This document shows positions 20,246 through 27,197 of a stretch of 27,197 nucleotides of DNA, piece after piece (the first letter of the stretch is position 1; each line of letters starts with the position of its first letter). The notes beneath the pieces are model-generated. The model worked only from the letters and a program-made list of their open reading frames with translations. It was not told where the DNA came from and searched no databases. The translations under genes and the position numbers were made by a program. Source of the DNA: Trichomonas gallinae (taxonomy: Eukaryota); assembly GCA_008369845.1 (NCBI GenBank), contig MRSU01003133.1, forward strand, positions 62,001 through 89,197, given 5' to 3'.

Positions 20246-20253
20246 TAACGGTT
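20246..20253 (-). promoter_or_regulatory. Trichomonas M3 (Myb-recognition-like) core promoter motif upstream of Hsp110
   Basis: AACCGTTA on the - strand fits the M3 consensus [AGT][AG]C[GC]G[TC]T[TAG]. It lies about 25-32 nt upstream of the ATG and is followed by an Inr-variant GCATTTTT. Confidence 0.55.
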
Positions 20254-21398
20254 TGATCTCAATTTATAAGTGGCCGGTTATTTTAGGATGCAATTTCGAA
20301 CCCCTCATCTCTCCCATTATTTCGCTCCCATTAGAGGAGCTATATTTGGATATCTGATCTGATGAACGACTTCTTCGCATTTTGATCGCAAAAACAAATT
20401 TTTCTAAACCATATTTGAGCCCGCAAACCACTTCCAAAATATATAATATTAGCTAATAAATATATATATGTAGTTAAATGAGGTCAGAAAATAAGTGGCT
20501 GTTTAAAAATTTCTTTCAATTAGCGTAAGTGAAAAGTGACCAAAATTGCAAAAAAATTGTGTTAAATTTATTACAATCTTACGGGCGTGGAAGAATTAAA
20601 AAAACAACTGTAATTTCTTTTAGACGTCCGATAGGAAAGAGTCGAAGATATTATAATATTTAACACATCCAACAGCAATAGAGAGATATGATAAATATAG
20701 ATAAATAGCTAGAAATTGTTGAGAATCGCTCAATATTTTTTGAACAACTATAATAATCTTCATTTCCATCGAATTATATCGTATATGATAACTAATATGT
20801 AAAAAAGAACAGTTATTTCTATGAAAAGGTATTTTATTCACTTATTATATAGTAATGAATCAGAAATTAGGAATTACTTAAGTAATGCAATGAAATGTAT
20901 TATTAATTCAAGTTGGCAAGACTCAAGATATTTCGAAATCAATCTTGAAACATAATATAAAGTTGTAATGATGAATGATGCATTAATATGGATAATTATT
21001 TTCAATCTAAAGAGATCTTGTTGGATTTTGAGAACGATATTGAAATTTCAAAATGATATTGAACAATATGACTGTATAAGCTAGAAAAGATAAAGCATTG
21101 CAAGGAAATAATGATGTATGAAATATGAAAAATGGTTGTTCATATATAATATTTTGCTATTTGTCAAATTGATTTTACAGCATTTTCGGATCCGTAAAAA
21201 AAACGCTTTATTGATGGATAAACACGATATATTATGTTATAAACTAGTTATTTGTAATCTATATGAGTATGAGAAATATATAATAAAGCAAAAAAGTCAT
21301 GAAATACAAGAATTGACCCAAATTTCTGCATCAAAAATGATCGGAATTTTGTAATCCAAAAAAAAAATTATGATCCAAAATTTCATCATTTTTTAATA

Positions 21399-22463
21399 AT
21401 GATATCCATATGGTATGAAGCTGCCGCCAACTACCTGTGGAGGTTCAGCAACAGTTCGATAACATTTGACTTTCCGAGCAAATACATGAAGAAACAAGAA
21501 AATTTCCGTGTCCATGATTTTCAATCTGCGGAAAAGGACTTCATGGAGAACCCTATATACGCCCATCCATCTACTATGAAGAAATACTACGATTACATTA
21601 ACAATAATATAAGTTATAAACGAAATACAGAAACTATTGTCATTACTGGCGGAAATCGAGGAATGGGCCTTGAAATTGCTCTTGCTGCAGCTAGGAAAGG
21701 CTATAATATCATCATAGGCTGCAGAAATTTGACAAGTGGCGAAGAAGCTAAAATACATATAATTAAAGCGACAGGTAATACAAATATCGAAATTTTAGAA
21801 TTAGACGTATCATCTATAGCGTCAATTAACAGATTCGGTAACGAATTATTGAAGAGAGGAAATAAAATTATCAAATTAATGAATAATGCAGGCGCAATGA
21901 CACCAAAACTGCGAATAACAAGTGATGGTTTTGAAAATACGCTACAAACAAACTACATTGGACCACTTCTTCTTACATTAAAACTTCTTCCTCTAATTCC
22001 TCCGAATTCTCGAATTGTCAACATGGATTCGGTTACTTATCGCTGGACATGGCTAGAAAAGTCCATGTTTATCGATGGTGGCGCGAAAAAATATTCGCAA
22101 TTGCCAACATATTACAAATCTAAATTAGCTCTGATGTTTGCAACTCTTAGACTATCAGAAGACCTCCAGCAAAGGCAAATTTATGTTTCTGCAGCTGATC
22201 CAGGCGTTGTCCAGACAAACATCGTAAATCTCAACAAAGTAGCTGCTCTCCTTGTTAAACACTTCGGAAAATTCGTTATGCTACAGCCAGAAGTTGGTGC
22301 ATCCTCAGCAATTAAACTGCTTTTCGATGATCCACCATTAAACGGAGATTTACTCGGTGTTTCAGGCTTGAAGCACGTCAGTGATTACTACAGATATAAT
22401 GTTCTTAAAGATTGTCTCTATAATCAAACAATTGAATACATGTTCGATCAAATCATTGCATAA
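21399..22463 (+). CDS. Short-chain dehydrogenase/reductase (retinol-dehydrogenase-like), Bacteroidetes-like core with N-terminal extension
   Basis: ITGGNRGMG Rossmann motif, LDVSS, LMNNAG, TSDGFENTLQTNYIGPLLLT, RIVNMDS, catalytic YYKSK, AADPGVVQT. Inr TCATTTTTT at 21386-21394. Confidence 0.93.
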   Translation: MISIWYEAAANYLWRFSNSSITFDFPSKYMKKQENFRVHDFQSAEKDFMENPIYAHPSTMKKYYDYINNNISYKRNTETIVITGGNRGMGLEIALAAARKGYNIIIGCRNLTSGEEAKIHIIKATGNTNIEILELDVSSIASINRFGNELLKRGNKIIKLMNNAGAMTPKLRITSDGFENTLQTNYIGPLLLTLKLLPLIPPNSRIVNMDSVTYRWTWLEKSMFIDGGAKKYSQLPTYYKSKLALMFATLRLSEDLQQRQIYVSAADPGVVQTNIVNLNKVAALLVKHFGKFVMLQPEVGASSAIKLLFDDPPLNGDLLGVSGLKHVSDYYRYNVLKDCLYNQTIEYMFDQIIA

Positions 22464-22913
22464 AGTAAACCCATGATGTAATTTATAATGTATTTTATTT
22501 CCGATTTATTTTTCTTTCATCTCTTTTTAAATTTTGAATAAATCGAAAATATTTCAAAAAATGCTGTTTTTAAATTGTTCATATGATTATTATTTAAAAT
22601 AATGATTTTTGAATTATTTATTTTTTGAAAATTCGAAAAATTTCATGTTAAAATTGCTGAAAATTAAAAACATTTTTAAATTTTTCCTCATTTTTTAACT
22701 TTCATTCTTCAAAACTCGAACAAAAACCACGAAATCATATTAATCTAATATTATAAAAACATTCATTTATCGCTAAAAGAGCGGATAGACTATGAAATAT
22801 CTTCAAACTAAACAATCTCAATTAACTAATATAGAATTTTATGGTATAGAGTGTAAAAAACGTAGTAATATAAAATGTAGTAAAACTTTTATGAGTATTG
22901 AACAATTTCTTTC

Positions 22914-24149
22914 TTACTGGATCCATTCGACCTGGGACATATCGATTCCTCCCATCTTCATCTCCCAAAGTGGAGAAAGGTCACGGAGGTGCTTGACGGA
23001 GTGCTCAAGAAGATCGATGAATGTATCGATCTCTTCCTTTGTTGTGTACTTAGAAATACCGATTCTGAGCGAAGTGTGAGCAAGTTCATCGCCAACACCG
23101 ATGCCCTTGAGGACGTATGATGGTTCAAGGGAAGCTGATGTGCAAGCAGAGCCGGATGAGACAGCGAACTTTGGCATAGAAGCCATAAGTGACTCACCTT
23201 CGACGGCTTCGAACGAAATGTTGACGCAGCCGTACCAGCGGTGCTCCAAGGAGCCGTTAACCGTGGCGTATGGGATTCTCTTTGTGACTTGCTCGATCAT
23301 ATACTTGCCGAGAGTCTCAATGTACGGTGAGTCGTATTTCATCTCACGCTTGGCGATCTCAGCAGCCTTGCCGAAGCCGACGATAAGCGGAACAGCGAGT
23401 GTGCCGGATCTGATGTTACGTTCCTGACCACCACCGCTGATGATGGAGTCAACACGAGAACGTGGCTTGTTGCTGACGTAAAGAGCGCCAATGCCCTTTG
23501 GTCCGTGAATCTTGTGTCCTGAGATGGACATAAAGTTTGCGCCGATCTTCTTGGCGTCAATTGGGATCTTTCCGAAGCCCTGGGCGATGTCTGTGTGGAA
23601 CCAGACGCCCTTCTTCTTGCAGATCTTGGAAATTTCTTCAACTGGATTAATTGATCCAAGTTCGTTATTGACGAGCATGCAAGAAACGAGGCCAGTGTCT
23701 GGTCTGATGCTTCTAGCAACCTCTTGTGGGTCAACACGGCCGTCTTTGCCGACTGGAAGGAATGTTGCTTCGTAACCATCCTTCTGGAGGGCACGAGCGG
23801 ACTCAATGACACACTTATGCTCAATAGATGAGACAATGACGTGTTTCTTGCCCTTGTTCTTGAGGTAGGCCATGCCGCCCTTGATTGCTATATTGTTGCA
23901 CTCAGTAGCACCTGATGTGAAGACGATTTCGTTTGGTCTTGCATTTATCAAGTCGGCGATAGACTTCCTGGCCTTCTCGACAGCGTCCATAGCCTCAATT
24001 CCGAAGCCGTGCTGCTTTGAATGCGCGTTGCCGTGGGCCATTGTTTCGTATGGAATCATTGCATCGAAAACACGTGGGTCGAGAACACTTGTAGCCTGCG
24101 TATCCAAGTAGTGGCCCTTGAAGTATGACCTGGAGAACGAAGATAGCAT
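22914..24149 (-). CDS. iscS: Hydrogenosomal cysteine desulfurase IscS/Nfs1
   Basis: YLDTQAT, GNAHSKQH, FTSGATE, IEHKCV, HTDIAQ, PLP-lysine SGHKIHGPKGIG, RSGT, catalytic SSGSACTSASLEPSYVL, LRDLSPLWEM. ATG 24149 follows Inr TCATTTTT (24154-24161, -) and gives the hydrogenosomal-type presequence MLSSFSRS(Y)F. Confidence 0.97.
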   Translation of the reverse strand: MLSSFSRSYFKGHYLDTQATSVLDPRVFDAMIPYETMAHGNAHSKQHGFGIEAMDAVEKARKSIADLINARPNEIVFTSGATECNNIAIKGGMAYLKNKGKKHVIVSSIEHKCVIESARALQKDGYEATFLPVGKDGRVDPQEVARSIRPDTGLVSCMLVNNELGSINPVEEISKICKKKGVWFHTDIAQGFGKIPIDAKKIGANFMSISGHKIHGPKGIGALYVSNKPRSRVDSIISGGGQERNIRSGTLAVPLIVGFGKAAEIAKREMKYDSPYIETLGKYMIEQVTKRIPYATVNGSLEHRWYGCVNISFEAVEGESLMASMPKFAVSSGSACTSASLEPSYVLKGIGVGDELAHTSLRIGISKYTTKEEIDTFIDLLEHSVKHLRDLSPLWEMKMGGIDMSQVEWIQ

Positions 24150-24395
24150 TTTTAAAAATGAATTTTTTTTTTCTTCAAATTGTACGATAAAGTTATACTT
24201 GTTCACACGATTTTCCGCTTCTAGCAATCTCCTATGCTTCTGGGGCTGTTGTATTTAGCTTGTTTAACGATTTATCTTTTATATTTTATATTTTCGGTTA
24301 AAAAGATAATATTTGCGTTTTAGTAATTGTATGCACATGATTTATCATATTATTTTGAGTTGGGAAAATTTTTTAAAGTTGGCTAGATAAATTTT

Positions 24396-24420
24396 CCCTA
24401 TTTTCCCATTCCCTTTTCCC
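24396..24420 (-). other. Canonical G-quadruplex-forming motif GGG-AAAA-GGG-AAT-GGG-AAAATA-GGG
   Basis: Four CCC runs on + at 24396-98, 24405-07, 24411-13 and 24418-20, with loops of 6, 3 and 4 nt. Confidence 0.6.
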
Positions 24421-24580
24421 ATGCAGATGCTATTTTTCACACAAATGATCTGTATTAAAATTTCGAAATCCTTTGAAATGATCTAAATGATCCATTTTAT
24501 ATTGAAAATATTAATGTATATAAAATATATATCTTATTTTTCAAATCGAAAATGAAATTAATTGATTATTCCTAAAATGA

Positions 24581-24930
24581 ACTGATAATTTAGGGGCATG
24601 AAAAATTATAAAGGCGCTTTGTAAAGTGATTCTTGTCAAATGTCAAATAATATAAGGGTTTGGAAATATTAGACCAATTTGCGTTCTCTCGGTTTGATAA
24701 TAATCGGCAAACCATATTAAGAAATGGAGTCAATATTTATTATGTCGATGTTCTAGATCGAAACGAGAGAAGGCAAATTGGTCTATTATATGATTTTGTC
24801 AAATATTTATATTTATAAAATTAGGGTCATGAAAAATAACAAAGGTGTTTTGTAAAGTGATTTTGTCAAAATTTATAATTTAGGGGCATGAAAAATTATA
24901 GAGGTGATTTGTAAAGTAAATTTTGTCAAA
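24581..24930. repeat. Imperfect 60-bp direct repeat array (copies 24581-24640, 24811-24870, 24871-24930) interrupted by an inverted-repeat element
   Basis: Consensus ATTTATAATTTAGGGGCATGAAAAATTATAAAGGTG.TTTGTAAAGTGATTTTGTCAAA. The last two copies are adjacent with a 60-nt period. Confidence 0.9.
24670..24785. mobile_element. Putative MITE (Tc1/mariner-type, TA target site)
   Basis: TAGACCAATTTGCGTTCTCTCG (24670-24691) and CGAGAGAAGGCAAATTGGTCTA (24764-24785) are inverted repeats matching at 21 of 22 positions, TA ends included. The 72-nt interior is non-coding. Confidence 0.6.
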
Positions 24931-24959
24931 TGTAATTAAAATTCGTCAAAAATTTTAAA

Positions 24960-26792
24960 ATGGTTCGTATTCTAGTACAGACAAATGAGGACCACGAAAT
25001 GATCTTTTTATACACAAACTACAAATCAGGTGATCAATCTGTTGTTGAAAAAATCATCACATTCTACAAATTTTCTGATCCAAAAAGTTGTTCTTTGTTT
25101 TGTGAGCATTTAAATGCATCGTGCGAAATATGCCATCAACAGTCTTATCTTCTTGCCAAGTTAGTTCAAGAAATTCTCAATATTGTTGAAGAAAAAGATC
25201 AAATCAACATCAAAAATGCATTATTCGACTCTTTCAAGCAAAATTTCAATGATGAATCAATTGAGCATACAAGAAATTCAACAATTTATGGACTTTTAGC
25301 ACGAAATCAAATAATCGATAATCAAAAAATGCTCGAAATATTCATGGAATACTTAAATTCGCCTCAGTTATCATGCATTATTCGCCAGGAGATGTTCATT
25401 ATTCAAGTATTATTCATGGCTGGTGACATTTTATACAAATTCGTTCCAAAACTCACAAAAAAGATAATAAACAGGTTGGATAGACGCGAATTTAAGACAC
25501 GTCAAATGTTCGACAACGAATGCCAAATATCTTTTGATTTAAACACTCCTGGTTTAATTCCAACTTCAGATTACTACTGTTTCAAGTATGATGACGTTTC
25601 CTATCTACAGAAACTCGCATCAAGTCCAAACTTCGATGTTAATCGCGCTTTCGAGGTCCCAGTCTGGGAATTAGAATTGTGCAGGTTCTCAGAAGTATCC
25701 TTAATCGCTGCCGCTGCATTCTATGGTGCAGAAAAGTGTTTCAGATACCTTTTGATGCTCGGAGCGTCTCTAGAACCTCCTTTATCAGAAAATATAAGAC
25801 CAATCGGAAGATTACCAGGCAGAGCCTTTAGGCCTGGTCCAGTAGCTATTAGAGCAATGAGGAAGATAATTACAACAAATTCGACCACTGGAGCTCAATC
25901 TATGTATGGAATTAAAACTTGTGCTCCTCCTATGTTTCTTTTCTTTAGCGACATCACGGAAACAATCTGCAACAGTGACAGATCCAATATTGGTGCTGCC
26001 GAAGCTGCCATAGCTGGAAATCACATGAAATTACTTCAAATTATCGATCAAACAGACGAAAACGCTCTCAGATATCCTTTGACATATTCAGCTGTATTCA
26101 ATAGGTATAAAGAGTTCAACTGGTTCTTGTCAAGGTCATCAATCGAGAAAGAAAACCCAGATGAATTTATTAATTTAATTTCTGCTGTAGATAACCATGT
26201 AATTCTTCGAAAACTGCTCGATGATGGATTCATTAATCTTGAGCTCTTAGCATCAACAGATGCAATCAATTTTAGCCAAAGATGTTTGATCGAAATAATG
26301 ATTAAGTATTATGACAGCCCAAGATTCAAATTTATCCTTTCTAAACCACTCAATGGATTCAGAAGTTACACACTAGAGCGAGTTGACGAGAAATTCATCT
26401 TTTTAGCATCAAATTCAGCAAATAAGAGCATCTTTCAGGTTATTTCATCGCAAGACTTGGAAGAGCTGCGAGTGTTCATACACAAGAAGCAAATAGATAT
26501 GAGCTTATTGCTTTCTAGCAACTTCGGAAATAGATTCCACCCGATTCCTATATCAGATGTATCTGAAGAGCTTGCTAAGGAGCTTCTAAAGTCACCAGAA
26601 ATGAAAGTGCTCTTTGAAAAACAGGGCAAAGACATGGTAACTGAGTTTGTTGAATTCAATAATTTTAAATTCGTTGATTGGGCATTAAGCCAAGAAGAAA
26701 TAAGAAACTCATATACACGTGAGAATCTGCTCTCATATGCAAGTAGTTTAGAAATGAGAAATTTGATTAACAAATATTTTAAATCATCTTGA
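24960..26792 (+). CDS. Ankyrin-repeat/DUF3447-like hypothetical protein (trichomonad-expanded family)
   Basis: 610-aa ORF. CFKYDDVSYLQKL...NFDVN...SLIAAAAFYGAEKCFRYLLMLGA...AEAAIAGNHMKLLQII...YSAVFNRYKEFNWFL is the degenerate ankyrin-like block typical of these proteins. Confidence 0.75.
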   Translation: MVRILVQTNEDHEMIFLYTNYKSGDQSVVEKIITFYKFSDPKSCSLFCEHLNASCEICHQQSYLLAKLVQEILNIVEEKDQINIKNALFDSFKQNFNDESIEHTRNSTIYGLLARNQIIDNQKMLEIFMEYLNSPQLSCIIRQEMFIIQVLFMAGDILYKFVPKLTKKIINRLDRREFKTRQMFDNECQISFDLNTPGLIPTSDYYCFKYDDVSYLQKLASSPNFDVNRAFEVPVWELELCRFSEVSLIAAAAFYGAEKCFRYLLMLGASLEPPLSENIRPIGRLPGRAFRPGPVAIRAMRKIITTNSTTGAQSMYGIKTCAPPMFLFFSDITETICNSDRSNIGAAEAAIAGNHMKLLQIIDQTDENALRYPLTYSAVFNRYKEFNWFLSRSSIEKENPDEFINLISAVDNHVILRKLLDDGFINLELLASTDAINFSQRCLIEIMIKYYDSPRFKFILSKPLNGFRSYTLERVDEKFIFLASNSANKSIFQVISSQDLEELRVFIHKKQIDMSLLLSSNFGNRFHPIPISDVSEELAKELLKSPEMKVLFEKQGKDMVTEFVEFNNFKFVDWALSQEEIRNSYTRENLLSYASSLEMRNLINKYFKSS

Positions 26793-26889
26793 ACCAGCTC
26801 ATCACCTTTTTATCCGATTAAACTTGTTATATTTCAATACTTTCCTTTTATTCTTCTATTTTGAGTAATTAATCTTGAATATGTTATAA

Positions 26890-27136
26890 CATAATTTGTT
26901 TTGTGCTTCAGAATATGAATAATATGAAGTTGTCAAACTCATTCTCTCAGTTCCTGTTATAGATGTCATCACAATGAATTAAGTCAACGTAACAACTTTG
27001 ACTCTTGCTTCATATAATAGCCATCAAGAAGTTATCAAAAGATGGGTATGACAGAACAACAATGATACATGCTTCATATCATGGACATCATGAAATTGTC
27101 AAACTCCTTCTCACCGCATCTGAAATATAAATCAAC
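26890..27136 (+). pseudogene. Decayed ankyrin-repeat gene fragment
   Basis: Translates as LFCASEYE*YEVVKLILSVPVIDVITMN*VNVTTLTLASYNSHQEVIK, then a frameshift near 27040, then DGYDRTTMIHASYHGHHEIVKLLLTASEI*IN. This gives three ankyrin units (TxLxxASxxGHxEIVKLLL) with three TAA stops and a deletion. Confidence 0.85.
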
Positions 27137-27150
27137 AACAACAACAACAA

Positions 27151-27197
<47 letters not shown>
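27133..27197 (+). repeat. (CAA)7 microsatellite running into a 46-nt poly(A) at the window end
   Basis: Directly visible; the A run spans 27152-27197. Confidence 0.95.

Noticed and set aside
4579..21354. Short AT-rich intergenic ORFs (4579-4803, 6358-6576, 7975-8163, 10672-10857, 17348-17539, 20620-20841, 21118-21354)
   Set aside because: Ile/Phe/Asn/Lys-rich composition expected by chance, no domains, several with non-ATG starts. Some regions (about 4250-5100, 7850-8200, 20620-21100) may hold old gene relics, but I could not identify them.
22792..24111. Overlapping ORFs on both strands of iscS
   Set aside because: Shadow ORFs of a codon-biased conserved gene.
24581..24930. Possible CRISPR-like array or telomeric repeat
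   Set aside because: Units are 60-nt adjacent imperfect repeats without unique spacers in a eukaryotic context, and TTAGGG occurs once per unit rather than in tandem.
26920..27130. In-frame TAA codons suggesting stop-codon reassignment
   Set aside because: Intact genes here end in TAA, TAG or TGA at the expected positions, and the fragment also has a frameshift; it is a pseudogene.

Overview
AT-rich eukaryotic genomic DNA from a parabasalid, most likely a Trichomonas species. The genes are intronless and use the standard code, most have a TCATTTT-type Initiator (Inr) about 5-20 nt before the ATG, and the IscS cysteine desulfurase has a hydrogenosomal presequence (MLSSFSRSYF). The 15 protein-coding genes are: the 3' part of a BEACH/WD40 gene, a GH20 hexosaminidase, a CAMK-like pseudokinase, three hypotheticals, a VOC/glyoxalase, a Rab GTPase, a class I sirtuin, riboflavin kinase, a CUE-domain protein with YPGAAPS heptads, Hsp110, an SDR, IscS and an ankyrin/DUF3447-like protein. 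GH20, VOC and SDR look like bacterial lateral transfers. The iscS/ankyrin divergent intergenic region holds a 116-bp TA-flanked inverted-repeat element (MITE-like) inside a 60-bp repeat array, plus a canonical G-quadruplex motif. A TTTTG(T/A)CATGTAAA motif recurs upstream of several genes that lack a clear Inr. The window ends in a decayed ankyrin pseudogene, (CAA)7 and poly(A). All family calls come from motif recognition by eye; no database searches were run.
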